DNA of 64,000 nt from the NCBI GenBank assembly GCA_016784165.1, contig JADHVD010000006.1:74-64073 (forward strand), in the 5' to 3' direction. How positions within the stretch are numbered: the first letter of the stretch is position 1; every line of letters starts with the position of its first letter. This document shows, in pieces, positions 1-11,300 of the stretch. The notes beneath the pieces are model-generated. The model was given only the letters and a program-made list of their open reading frames with translations. It had not been told where the DNA came from and did no database searches. The stretch is from Candidatus Woesearchaeota archaeon. GTDB lineage: Archaea > Nanobdellota > Nanobdellia > Woesearchaeales > BS150m-G63. A program made the translations under genes and the position numbers.

Positions 1-251
1 TTCAATGGCTCAACATACCCTCCATGCTCTCCTGCTTTCTTAAGCCCGTCTATTAACACTTTTTCCATACATTCGTGAACAAAATTATGCACTGGCCTAA
101 GGTCTGCAGGTGTTTTTTCTATTACTTCGCCAGTACTCAATTCAGTTTCAGTAACCTTAGATTTCAACACAAGAAATCCTACAACTAATCCCAAGATAAC
201 TAATCCTAATAAAATAAATACAGTTATTTGACCTCTTTTACTACTCAACAT
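1..251 (-). CDS. Class III (type IV pilin-like) signal peptide protein, partial (runs off left edge)
   Basis: Hand-translated, absent from the ORF track: MLSSKRG/QITVFILLGLVILGLVVGFLVL...HECMEKVLIDGLKKAGEHGGY. KRG/Q plus a hydrophobic stretch is a prepilin-peptidase motif. ATG is 4 nt after the upstream TGA. Confidence 0.8.
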   Translation of the reverse strand, partial: MLSSKRGQITVFILLGLVILGLVVGFLVLKSKVTETELSTGEVIEKTPADLRPVHNFVHECMEKVLIDGLKKAGEHGGYVEPL

Positions 252-255
252 TTTT

Positions 256-1092
256 TCAATTATATTTCTTTTCAACTTTTCCAATAATCCTTAACAAATA
301 ATATTTCTGGAAAGCCAGATAAAAAAATAACAACAATAAAAATGCAACATACCCTAAAATAGGATTTATCCCAAAAAACAACCCTAAAACTATAGCAGAC
401 AATATTATGGCAACAAAAGATAATAAAAATGGAGCTATAAAATTCCTAAATTTCATTGCAAAACTAAATGTTTTCTTAAACAATTTCTTAAAACTGATTT
501 TATAATCCAGCACAAGCAAAGGATAAAACACAAAAAAAGTAAGATAAAAATAAAACAGCATTAATATTTGTAAAATAATAATCCCACTGATTCCACCCAA
601 AGCTGTAGCAATTAAAAAAATAACGAAAAACCAAATAAACAACCAAAGAAATGACTTCTTAAAAAAACTAAAAACAAATTTCTTTTTCAATTCCCCATAT
701 TTAACAAAACTCCATGAAACCCCCTTCATAATTGAAAATATAAGGTTCGCAAACAGTAAACAAACTACAAAAAATGACAGAAGCATAACAACTAATTTAA
801 TAATTACCTCTTTATTTGAAAAAATAAAGGATTTTATAATTTCGGAATTTTCTGGAGATGCAACATTTATATCTTTAAATTGTTCAAGCTGACTTACTAA
901 ATTTTTCATCGCAGAATTAGAATTAACATAATGACCAATATATGCACTAGAAATAAGTAAAGGCACAATCATGATAAGTATTGTTAATATATCTAATATT
1001 AACACCCAATGAATCTTCTTACAGCTTTTCCAACTCTTAAAAAAATCCGTTTTCTTGAATTTTGAATGTTTTTCGTGTTTATTATTCTTCAT
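256..1092 (-). CDS. Multi-pass membrane protein, unknown function
   Basis: 278 aa, about 6 hydrophobic segments, coupled to neighbouring genes. Confidence 0.75.
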   Translation of the reverse strand: MKNNKHEKHSKFKKTDFFKSWKSCKKIHWVLILDILTILIMIVPLLISSAYIGHYVNSNSAMKNLVSQLEQFKDINVASPENSEIIKSFIFSNKEVIIKLVVMLLSFFVVCLLFANLIFSIMKGVSWSFVKYGELKKKFVFSFFKKSFLWLFIWFFVIFLIATALGGISGIIILQILMLFYFYLTFFVFYPLLVLDYKISFKKLFKKTFSFAMKFRNFIAPFLLSFVAIILSAIVLGLFFGINPILGYVAFLLLLFFYLAFQKYYLLRIIGKVEKKYN

Positions 1093-1588
1093 TTTTCACC
1101 ACCGGAACAGTATAGCTTCCGCTTGCATGTCCCCAATAATCAATCTGTGCTTCTGTATAAACTCCTTTTTCATATTCTATAAACTCATAACCTGCTTTCC
1201 CACCATTAGGCTTTGAAATCATTTCTCCAGTTACATTTGTAGATATCCCAGGACCCAATAAAAATACTTGGAAAGTAATATTCCCATCCATTGGCTCTAT
1301 ATAATAAGACACCTCATATAAACTAACATTATACAGCTCTGTTTCTTGCGCATTTAATGTAAAAGTAAAATCATAAACATAACTACTATCTCCAGAGTCT
1401 GGACTAGACTGAATTTCGGGAACATCTACTCCACGAGAACAAACATCGACTTCCCAATCCTCCACATCATACCAATTTGTCTTTGGAGTTCCTGAATGAG
1501 GAATTAATTGCCAAGCAAATATTGTTCCTGCAAGTAAAAAAATTAATAAAATCATACATCCTCCAAAAATAATTTTTTTAATTTTCAT
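1082..1588 (-). CDS. Membrane-anchored or secreted hypothetical protein
   Basis: 168 aa, N-terminal TM or signal segment followed by an acidic beta-rich domain. Confidence 0.7.
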   Translation of the reverse strand: MKIKKIIFGGCMILLIFLLAGTIFAWQLIPHSGTPKTNWYDVEDWEVDVCSRGVDVPEIQSSPDSGDSSYVYDFTFTLNAQETELYNVSLYEVSYYIEPMDGNITFQVFLLGPGISTNVTGEMISKPNGGKAGYEFIEYEKGVYTEAQIDYWGHASGSYTVPVVKNEE

Positions 1589-1618
1589 TTTTATTATTTT
1601 AATTGAATTAATTAATCT

Positions 1619-4600
1619 TTATATATCTAACTCTAATGCTTCCTCAGCTTCAGAACTTCCTGAATCATCACTTCCATCATCATCAATTTCATAATCTAAT
1701 CCTTCACAGGGATTATTATATCCATATACTATTGTATTATAAGCATCCCAATCCCAATAATCTCCAAAACCATCTATTTCTACCAACATTATAGCTGCAC
1801 CGCTTAGTTCACACCCAATAATAAGTGAATTATCTATTATATTTGGAATTGGAACAACACTTGGAGCAGTATTTTCTGGATAAAGAAGAGGCTTACAAGT
1901 AAAACTCCAAGCAATGCCTGCAGCAAGAAGTGCAAGACTTTGCAACAGTTGCCCCATTAATTGGGTTAAAAACAAACCAATCCATTCCCATATACCCTCT
2001 GACAATCCATAAACAGTCCAGGCAGCACCATCTACATAAAGGCATTGTTCCTGGGTTTTTTTTTCATCACACATTGCAGAAGGATACCCTTTTTCAACAC
2101 TCCCTTCTAAACACCTTAACTGTCTGCAATTAATAGCTTTCTCTTTTCTCAAATTATAAATATAACCTGGAATGCATAAACAAGAACTTGCAGTGTGTAT
2201 ACTCCTATAAGGGTCCCAATCATAAAAAATAGTGCCAACATACTTGTTACCAAATAAATCATTTCTCGGATCTCTATCAGTGCTCCACCCCCAAGGAATA
2301 TCACTTGAAACAGTATGGGTTCCAGAACCAATATTTGAAACCACACTAGCAACATTATTAAGATCACATAATTTACATGAATGCAACATCACTATTGTTT
2401 TAAATAATATACGCCACAAACTTCCAATATTAGCTATACCAAGTGGCCAAACAAATCTCTCAATCCCTAAGAAAATATAATGTAATACGTTTCCAACTGG
2501 CATCCACACTGCATTTGCAGCAGAAGTAGGTTCACAAGGAACCACAGGAATTGCACAAACCCCATAAAGTATCCAAGCCACACCATATATCACTGGAAGA
2601 AGTGTAGCAGCAGTAATAGCAACCTTAACTAAAGTAGTTGTAATAACAGTTATAACTCTAAAAATATTATTCACTGTATTCAAAGTAGATATACTACTAT
2701 TCAATTCAGTCAATCTTTCCTTAACGCCATAAATCTTATCCTCCATTGCATCTGTTACATCACCAAAAGAAGTGTCATATAATGTAAATGGAACTTCAAA
2801 TTCCTCAATTTCTGGATTAAGATAAACAGTGTTACCTGACCTTAACTTAATACTAAAAGAGCAATTAATAGAAATCTCTTCAATATCTGAAGTATTATCA
2901 TCTTGATCTAATCTCAAGCTTAAAGTAGGATTTGTACTCCTTTCTCCAAGCACATCAATCACCTCAGCACCAACACAAGAAGTTTCAAAATTCAATATAT
3001 CTGTAAGACCACTTGCAACTAATCTTGGAAACACAAACACAGGATAATTATACTTACTCAACCCTTTTCTGCTCACAATAGAAGGAACTGCTTCTGGAGG
3101 ATCTTCTAACAAATCAAAAAAGTTAGGCTCAACAGTAACATTATCAAGCAAACAAACCTCAAGCTCAATCACATCTTCAATAGTGTTATTCGAACCATCA
3201 GTTAAAATAAAACCAACATCTCCATCAAAATGGCCAGAGATGATTTCCCCTACAACAGCAGTACATTCCCATTCATCTCCACTTTCTTCTCCTTCTTCAT
3301 CACTAATCAAACTACAACTTCCATCAACATTTTCAGCTCCAGTACTTATATCAGAAACATCAACACTAAGTTCCAATCCAGGACTCGCTTCAATAACTCC
3401 CACCTCAAAAGTAATCATATCAGCAGTTGTTGGACAATAACCACTACTACTTGTATAATTTGTACTAACAATTTCAGGAAAAGTAGTATCAGCATAAACC
3501 ACTATCCCTAATTTTCCAAAAGCATTTCCACTATCATCTTCACCAATCAATTTAAGCTGTTTATGCCCTTCTCCATTTGTGGTTTCAATATCATACCAAT
3601 AACAATTCCAAGTTGCTCCAGCACCAGTACAATTATCAGCTTTTACATTACTACGCCCATTAATCTCACTCAAATCAAGATAAACCTTACTTAGATTTAA
3701 TCCCACTCCACTTTCAGTAATCAAAGCATTATAAGTCGTCTTTTTACCTACATACATAACCCCATCATGACTAAGTCCAGTAGTCAAACTACTCAATTCA
3801 GGAGGAGAATCATCCACAAAAACAGTATATGGAAAAACAGCCTCATCAAAATTACCAGAGTCATCATAAGCCCTACTTTTTATCTGAGCATTTGTAGTTT
3901 CCCCGACATTAATAAAAGCATTCCAGTTACACCTATACCTTTCATACCCAATCTGCTGGCAAGAACCAGAAACCAAACTAATATAATTTGAATTAATATC
4001 TAACAAATCAGCATTCACTGAATCAACATCTCCATCAACTAAAAAATTAATAACAACAGGTGTGCTTTCTCCCTTCTTAACATAATAAACAGGCTCATCA
4101 CCAATCTGAGTAACAATCTCAAAAGAACTTTCAACAATACTAGGTGCTTCTGAATCCACCTTAACCTGTAAATATTTAGCATCAGAAGGATTATCAAACC
4201 GGTCATAAACCTTCAAATAATACATAACCTTCGTAGCTCCTTCTGCAATATGTTGTCCAGGCACAACAGTAAGATTACTGAAATAAGAACAACCAACCAC
4301 CTCATTCAAAGGCAAAGTATCTATAACATTATTTTCAGTCCCAACAGATAACTCAACCCTTCCAAAACCACTGCATCCTTGAGCTGCAACATCAGAAATA
4401 TCAAAATTCAACCTCACTTCCTGATCCAAACCAACATTATTAAAATTAGAAGTAAAAGTATTAACAATAGGTTTAATATCATCAACAATGATATCTGTAA
4501 TCATTGTGCTCGCAGCAGTGCCTTGCCCATTAGGGTTGTCATACGAACGAATATAATAAGTATAAAGCCCACCAGTCAAAGTATCAATTTCAAGAGTTTT

Positions 4601-4891
4601 AACACAATTATATCCAAAGTCAGCATCAACACAAGAAGTAAATTGTTGTTTAAATCCCCCACTAAAACTCTCAAGATAAACATATTCAGCTCCAACTGGT
4701 TCTCCACCAACAACTGCTTCAAATCTGGTGCTATCAATAGATTTTCTGTATCTCTCAACACCGCTTCCACCATAAGTCTTAGCACTCATAACATTAGCAG
4801 CAGCAAAAACATTAGCAGAATAAAATGGTAAAGTTAGAATTAAACAAATCATAAAAATAGCTATTGTTTTCAAATGATTCATATTATTCAT
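1619..4891 (-). CDS. Large secreted protein: Ig-like repeats, coiled coil, hydrophobic Cys-rich C-terminal region
   Basis: 1090 aa, signal peptide, repeated D-x-x-x-P-x-I Ig-domain junctions, many paired Cys, hydrophobic helices after about residue 730. Confidence 0.8.
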   Translation of the reverse strand: MNNMNHLKTIAIFMICLILTLPFYSANVFAAANVMSAKTYGGSGVERYRKSIDSTRFEAVVGGEPVGAEYVYLESFSGGFKQQFTSCVDADFGYNCVKTLEIDTLTGGLYTYYIRSYDNPNGQGTAASTMITDIIVDDIKPIVNTFTSNFNNVGLDQEVRLNFDISDVAAQGCSGFGRVELSVGTENNVIDTLPLNEVVGCSYFSNLTVVPGQHIAEGATKVMYYLKVYDRFDNPSDAKYLQVKVDSEAPSIVESSFEIVTQIGDEPVYYVKKGESTPVVINFLVDGDVDSVNADLLDINSNYISLVSGSCQQIGYERYRCNWNAFINVGETTNAQIKSRAYDDSGNFDEAVFPYTVFVDDSPPELSSLTTGLSHDGVMYVGKKTTYNALITESGVGLNLSKVYLDLSEINGRSNVKADNCTGAGATWNCYWYDIETTNGEGHKQLKLIGEDDSGNAFGKLGIVVYADTTFPEIVSTNYTSSSGYCPTTADMITFEVGVIEASPGLELSVDVSDISTGAENVDGSCSLISDEEGEESGDEWECTAVVGEIISGHFDGDVGFILTDGSNNTIEDVIELEVCLLDNVTVEPNFFDLLEDPPEAVPSIVSRKGLSKYNYPVFVFPRLVASGLTDILNFETSCVGAEVIDVLGERSTNPTLSLRLDQDDNTSDIEEISINCSFSIKLRSGNTVYLNPEIEEFEVPFTLYDTSFGDVTDAMEDKIYGVKERLTELNSSISTLNTVNNIFRVITVITTTLVKVAITAATLLPVIYGVAWILYGVCAIPVVPCEPTSAANAVWMPVGNVLHYIFLGIERFVWPLGIANIGSLWRILFKTIVMLHSCKLCDLNNVASVVSNIGSGTHTVSSDIPWGWSTDRDPRNDLFGNKYVGTIFYDWDPYRSIHTASSCLCIPGYIYNLRKEKAINCRQLRCLEGSVEKGYPSAMCDEKKTQEQCLYVDGAAWTVYGLSEGIWEWIGLFLTQLMGQLLQSLALLAAGIAWSFTCKPLLYPENTAPSVVPIPNIIDNSLIIGCELSGAAIMLVEIDGFGDYWDWDAYNTIVYGYNNPCEGLDYEIDDDGSDDSGSSEAEEALELDI

Positions 4892-4897
4892 TTATTG

Positions 4898-4985
4898 TTT
4901 ACCTATCTTTTACCTAGTCTTTACTTATTTTTTACCTACCCTTTACCTACTCTTCACCTAATCTTTACATACTCTGTACATACTC
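4898..4985. repeat. 11-bp-period tandem array (TTTACCTAnnn), 7 clear copies plus 1 degenerate
   Basis: Core A at 4901, 4912, 4923, 4934, 4945, 4956, 4967 and 4978; minus strand reads nnnTAGGTAAA. Confidence 0.85.
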
Positions 4986-5025
4986 TTTAATTATTTTTTA
5001 ATTAACTATTTTTTTCAAATCTTAT

Positions 5026-5535
5026 TCACTTATGTCTTTTACCTTCAACAAGTTTAATAAATTCTGGAATTAACTTAGTGTATCTTGTATAAATTTCTAC
5101 AGGTTCTGAACTTGCTTTAATGATTATTCTCAATCTACCTATTGCGCTGAGTAAAAATTTAGCCAAATAAACAATTCCCATAACAGCAAATGCAATAGCA
5201 AATAAATACATCAATTCCTTAAGTCCGAACATTTTAATGAACATATTATCTCTTGCTTTTGTAAAAAAGAAAGTAAACGCAAATCCAAAAGCAGAAACAA
5301 TAAGTTTAACCCATTTAAACTTTGCAGTATATTCAACAAATTCCACATCTTTATATTTAAACGCCATAACTGTTCGTGGAAATTTTCTTTTTATCAACAC
5401 TCTTCTGTCTGTAATCAATATATCATAAAGTCCAATCTTAAAATTATACTCTTTAATCACTTTTTCTCCTTGAAGAAGATATTCCTTATATTTAGAATCC
5501 AACTTTTGATTTTTCTCTTTTTTCATCCATTCCAC
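5026..5535 (-). CDS. Bacterial PH-domain-like membrane protein
   Basis: YLLQGEKVI...ILITDRRVLI pattern with two internal TM helices. Confidence 0.55.
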   Translation of the reverse strand: MEWMKKEKNQKLDSKYKEYLLQGEKVIKEYNFKIGLYDILITDRRVLIKRKFPRTVMAFKYKDVEFVEYTAKFKWVKLIVSAFGFAFTFFFTKARDNMFIKMFGLKELMYLFAIAFAVMGIVYLAKFLLSAIGRLRIIIKASSEPVEIYTRYTKLIPEFIKLVEGKRHK

Positions 5536-5597
5536 CCCATTTACTTAAAACCAAATAAAAAAACAAACCAAAATCATCAATCAATTAACCAAATCAC

Positions 5598-7844
5598 TCA
5601 ATGAACCCTAGCGCCATCTTTCATATCTTTAACAAAAACTGGCCCTTTATTTGTTTTTAACTCATTACCACAATAAATAATTTTCCCTTTCTTAACAACC
5701 ATCTTCACTTTAGCAAAATCATCAATAGTGATCTGTGAAAAACTATCTTTATCACCACATTCATCACAACTCTCACCAACAAAAACCCTTTCACCAACTT
5801 CACTATCGCCAACCTCAAGCAATCTACAAACCTTATCTGTTTCAGCAGCTAACAGCATCCCATTACTTTCAACCCCACGAAGTTTAGCTGGTTTGAGATT
5901 AGTAACAACAATTATTTTCCTACCAACAAGCTCATCAACACTATAGTCATTTTTAATTCCTGCACAAATCTGCCTTTTCCCACCACCAATTTTACCGCCA
6001 GTATCTATCTGTATAACATACAATTTATCAGCATCTGGATGATCTTCAACTTTTAATATTTTAGAAACACGCAATTCAAGTTTAGAAAACTCATCTAAAC
6101 TATCAATTTTTTTATCGCCACTAAATTGCTCACGAAGCTCATTTAATCTATCATCATTAATTCTTTCAAATAATGCTTCTGCTTTACCAACTTTATGTCC
6201 TTCCTTAACACTTAACTCACCCAATTCATCAAAACTCTTTACCCTAACCTTAAGTTGTTTCTCAATACCTTCAGCAGTTTCAGGAAGATATGGTTTTAAC
6301 AATAACGCCAAATCCTTTACAAAATTAACCAACACAAATAAAGAAGTGTCTGCCTTCTCTTTATCAAGTTTAAAATTCTTCCATGGCGCACTCTCCTGAA
6401 AATACTGGTTCCCAAGTTTAGATGTATTCATTATCTCTCGTAAAGCATCTTTAATTTTCACTGCACCCAATAATCCAAGCACTTCACTTTCCTTTTTCGC
6501 AACATCAGCAAAGAATTTCTTCTCCCTTTTACCTAATTTCCCAGCAGGAACTTTTCCGCCATAAAAACTATTCAAAAACTTAAGCACCCTATTAACAAGA
6601 TTACCAACATTAGCAACTAATTCGTGATTTATTTTACTCTGAAAATCTGCCCAAGAAAATTCAGTATCAGATTTCTCAGGACGATTCACCATTATATAAT
6701 ATCTCCATACATCTGCTTTAATCCCTGTATTTTTAGCATCATCACCAAAAACACCACTATGTCTACTCTTACTAAATTGCCCCCCTTCATAATTCAAATA
6801 TTCATTAGAAGAAATGTGATCCAACAAAGTATAATCATCTTTTGCCCCAATCAAAAAAGACGGAAACAAAATAGTATGGAAAGGAATATTATCTTTTCCC
6901 ATAAACTGCACCAACTTAACATCTTTAGGAGCATGCCACCATTTTCTCCAATCCTTCTTATTTTTTTTAGTTATAGAAATATATCCAATAGGTGCATCAA
7001 ACCAGGAATAAAACACCTTGCCTTCAAAACCCTCTAATGGAACAGGAACTCCCCATTTTAAATCACGAGTTATACATCTCGGCTTTAGCCCTTCTTTTAA
7101 CCAAGCTTCAGTCATTGTCTTTGCATTAACAGTCCATTTTCCCTTAACAGACTGCTTTTTAATCCAAGAACCTAACTTAGACTCAATCTTTGGCAAATCC
7201 ATAAACAAATGTTTTGACTCTCTTTCTTCAGGTGAAGTTCCACAAACTTCACATTTAGCATCAATAAGGTCCAATGCATCAAGTAATTTACCACAATGTT
7301 CGCACTGATCCCCTTTAGCATTTTCATAACCGCAATGAGGACATTCTCCAGTCACAAATCTGTCAGACAAAAATTTATCACACTTTGGACAATAGGTCTG
7401 CTTAACAATATCCTCAAAAACAAAACCATTCTTATTCAATTTATTAAAAATATCAATAGTAACCTCAAAATTCTCTTTATCAGAAGTTCTTCCAAATGCA
7501 TCAGGACTGCATAAAAACCAATCATAAATTTCCTTCTGCAGTTTAAAATATTTATCAACCAACTGTCTCGGAGTCACCCCTTCAGCAAGCGCTTTAACTT
7601 CAGCAGTTGTGCCGTGCTCATCAGTACCCAACACATAAATAGCCTCTTGCCCATCTAACTTCAAAAACCTAGTATAAACATCAGCACTAATCACGCATAC
7701 CAAAGTACCTAAATGAGGCACATTATTCACATAAGGTAATGCACTAGTTACAAGAGTTCTTTTATTATTTTTCTTATTTATCTGTTTATTAACTTCCTTA
7801 CTTTTACCCTTTCCAATAGATCTCTTAGTTTTCTTAACAGCCAT
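5598..7844 (-). CDS. metG: Methionyl-tRNA synthetase with C-terminal tRNA-binding OB domain
   Basis: TSALPYVNNVPHLG (HIGH-like), two Zn knuckles, QFSKSR (KMSKS-like), C-terminal HPDADKLY...LRGVESNGMLLAA. Confidence 0.97.
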   Translation of the reverse strand: MAVKKTKRSIGKGKSKEVNKQINKKNNKRTLVTSALPYVNNVPHLGTLVCVISADVYTRFLKLDGQEAIYVLGTDEHGTTAEVKALAEGVTPRQLVDKYFKLQKEIYDWFLCSPDAFGRTSDKENFEVTIDIFNKLNKNGFVFEDIVKQTYCPKCDKFLSDRFVTGECPHCGYENAKGDQCEHCGKLLDALDLIDAKCEVCGTSPEERESKHLFMDLPKIESKLGSWIKKQSVKGKWTVNAKTMTEAWLKEGLKPRCITRDLKWGVPVPLEGFEGKVFYSWFDAPIGYISITKKNKKDWRKWWHAPKDVKLVQFMGKDNIPFHTILFPSFLIGAKDDYTLLDHISSNEYLNYEGGQFSKSRHSGVFGDDAKNTGIKADVWRYYIMVNRPEKSDTEFSWADFQSKINHELVANVGNLVNRVLKFLNSFYGGKVPAGKLGKREKKFFADVAKKESEVLGLLGAVKIKDALREIMNTSKLGNQYFQESAPWKNFKLDKEKADTSLFVLVNFVKDLALLLKPYLPETAEGIEKQLKVRVKSFDELGELSVKEGHKVGKAEALFERINDDRLNELREQFSGDKKIDSLDEFSKLELRVSKILKVEDHPDADKLYVIQIDTGGKIGGGKRQICAGIKNDYSVDELVGRKIIVVTNLKPAKLRGVESNGMLLAAETDKVCRLLEVGDSEVGERVFVGESCDECGDKDSFSQITIDDFAKVKMVVKKGKIIYCGNELKTNKGPVFVKDMKDGARVH

Positions 7845-7900
7845 AATCTAATTTAAATTGGATTATAGTTTATAAATATTACTCAAAAAAAGCAAAATAA

Positions 7901-7927
7901 CCTTAACCACTCTTTCCAACTAATCTA
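7901..7927. repeat. 27-bp direct repeat, left copy (att-like or target duplication)
   Basis: CCTTAACCACTCTTTCCAACTAATCTA is identical to 14421-14447 (30 of 31 if extended). Confidence 0.9.
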
Positions 7928-8013
7928 GATTACAAAAATTTGGTTGGAATCCACATTTAAGCATCAAAGAATCAATAATTAAAACTATTAATTATCTTAA
8001 AAATAATGAATAG
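7924..8013 (+). pseudogene. Startless 3' fragment resembling the C-terminus of an NAD-dependent epimerase/dehydratase
   Basis: SRLQKFGWNPHLSIKESIIKTINYLKNNE*, preceded by in-frame TAA; resembles the LGW-P--S--E-I--T--YL tail of extended SDR enzymes (by eye). Confidence 0.45.
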
Positions 8014-8336
8014 GTTATCGATGAAAACTATTTTAGAAAAAAGAATTAATTTTTATGTTTCCGTTTTTTACTAAGTGGGTTTTACACCCAGTAGATTTTC
8101 CTGCAATTATATCTTTTTATTTAATAATCTCTTCTATTGGAGTAATAATTTGTTTAAATTCTTCTACTTTAACTGGTTCAATCTGATTAACACTACTCTT
8201 CTTCCTAGATGTTTTTACCCCATTTAAAACACCTTCCCTAAGCTCATTTTTTAATTCCCTGTCTCTTGATAACATTGACCTTATTTTCTTAAATATCCCA
8301 TCTCTAGTTGTTACTTCATCTTTACTAAGAATTAGA

Positions 8337-11300
8337 TTAATTAATTGAGCTTATATTTAACTGCTTTATTTTTTTAATCAAAATATCAACAGTCTCTTCT
8401 TCTAAAGTAATGGTTGTTTCAAAGAAGTTGTTACTCTCATCAAATTCAAAAATAGAGTTTTCAGGGTCTACCTCAAAAAAGACTTTGTAATCTCCAAAGG
8501 TAGAATATTCATGTGTTAGAGAAAAATTGTAGGATTCCCAAGGCATAATAGTTTCAGATATTGAACCACCTTCACCCTCACCATCTCCATAATTAATATG
8601 GTAGGTAAAATCATCCACCCAGATAGTACCACCAAGAGCACTTACCTCAATATTGAAAGTGACCAAATTAGGATTTTCAAAACTCTGCTCAAAAGATAAT
8701 AATGCTGGAGTCAAATCAGGAGTTCCATTAATGAAGTAAGACTCTAAACCTATATTATTAGTCTCATTAAACTCATCAATTAAATTGTTAGGGTCTAATT
8801 CAAAGTAGAAAGTGTAATCACCAGCAAAATCATACACGTATGAAACTAAAATAGTAGTCTCTTCTCCAGGTTCAAGCCCCCTTCCACTAAATGAATCTCT
8901 AATTAAATTTCTGCCCCCATAATTAAAATTATAAGCATAATAATAATCGCTCTCTTCTAATCCAATATTCTTAAAAGTGACCTCAACAGTTGTTTCATTT
9001 CCTGCATCTGAAAGAAAAGAACTAATGTTTGTAACGATTAAATCTGGCATAGAAACATTAAAATAAATATTTTCACAATTAGTATTTCCAGAAGTATCAT
9101 TCACACAAGCATAAAAGTAATTATATCCTAAATTAAAATCTTCATAAACTGGATCCTCATAATAAACTGTATTTCCACTATGATTATACCAAATTGTATC
9201 AACTTCTACATTATCAGATGCAGAAAGATTAACAAGGATTTGAGCAGTTTCATAAGTTAATCCATCTAATGGGCTATGAATCAAGATTTCAGGATCATTA
9301 TAGTCTTCCACCATAAAGTTAGCAACATCACAAACTATTTGTCCAAGTGAATCATTAACACATGCAGTCAAAGAATAATTTCCAATTTCAAATTCTAAAA
9401 ATATTGGTTCTTCATAAATAACTGCTGATTCATCATTGATGTCATACCAAACAGTATCGGTTCCTAAATTATCCCAGGCAGAGATATTTAATAATATCTC
9501 TATTGAGCTTTGATCTGAAACATTGTAATAATGAGTGTACCATTCAGAGCCGTAAGGGCTTTGTATTGTTATATTGGGGGGATTATTGTTTATATCAAAT
9601 CTTGTTAATCCACATTCTTCATTACCTGCAGTATCATTTGCACATACTTGCATATGATAGCCATAATCAGAACCAAATCCAGGATACCAATTCCAACCGT
9701 AATCTAAACCATCAACATCAACATAAATTGATCCAGTGTATGTAATATTCATGTTATTATAATTATAAAAAATAGTATCAATTCCAAAGTCACTATCAGC
9801 TGAAAAATTAAGCAGTATCTGTGAAACCTCATTAAACTCAGTTCCGTTAGCTGGGCTATGGATTGTTACAACTGGCTCAGTCGCATTAACAGTAAAGAAA
9901 ACAGAAGCACTATCAGAGAGGCCAGAATTATCACTCATATTAACATATAAAGAATAATTCCCGTTAGGTAGGGTAACATCAACTGGTCCTATATAGGTTT
10001 CATTTTCAAAAACAAATTCATAAGGCCAATATTGTTGTTGAATCCCATACCAAACCCTATCAACACCAAAATTATCCCAAGCAGAAAGATTAATCAAAAC
10101 TTCTGGAGTATCAAATACTTCACCGTGTTCAGGACTGATTATAGTAACATTTGGCCTTGTTACATCAGCATAAAATTCAACATATTTATAACCTATAAAA
10201 CCAAAAGTATTATTTGCCCAAACATTTAATTTATATGTTTTTACATCACCATAAATAGGCCAGCCATACCATTCCCAACTCCAAGGAATATCTGAAACAT
10301 TAACATAAACAGGACCTTCATAATACTCAATACCATTAGTAGTATTATACCAAATTTTATCAATATCTCCAGAAACAGATATATTAATTAAAAACATATC
10401 TGGACCAACTTCTGTTGCATTATCTGGACTGATAATTGTAATACTAAAAGCTCCAATAGGATGATAATCAACATCATTACCATCTCCAGGTATATTATAA
10501 ACATAAGGGTGGCCAGAATTATCTTCAAAATCACTCCAGTAATTACCCACATCACTTAAGTTCCAATTATTATTATGTGAATAATAATATTGGTAAGCAT
10601 TTGCTGAATTATTCTCCCCATTATCAATAAACTGATTATTCCAGATAGTATTATAATCATTGTAATAATTTAAATAAATTCCATAATCACCATTATTCTC
10701 CACAATATTGCCAAATATACTGTTGTTATCATTGTGCCAATCTAAATAAATTCCATAATCACCATTATTCTCCACAATATTGCCAAATATACTGTTGTTA
10801 TAATTGTAATCATATAAATAAATTCCAGTATTATTATTATCATTTAAGGTGTTGTTATATATGTTATTGAAAGAACTGGAATAACCTAAATTAATTCCCT
10901 CATAATTATTTGTAAAAATATTATTATTTAAAGTGTTATATGAAGATATATCTAATGAAGTCCCATTCTCAAAACCAGAAATATTACAATTCTGAATAGT
11001 TGTTCCATTGAATTGATTAATATAAATTCCCATTCCATACGAATCATAATCACCTTCAATCGAATGACTATCACAATCAAGAGTTATATCATTTGCACCT
11101 ATAATTAAACCATTACCAGAACAATTCAAAAGATCTTCTGTTAGTGTTGTATCTTCTGTTATTGTATCTCCACAATCTAGAACAGCATCAATATTAAATG
11201 TGATATAAGCACTATTAGTATTACCAGAAGTATCATTCACACTAACATATAAAGAATATCCATATAGTCCTCCATCTGGTAAAGTAACATTAACAGGTAC

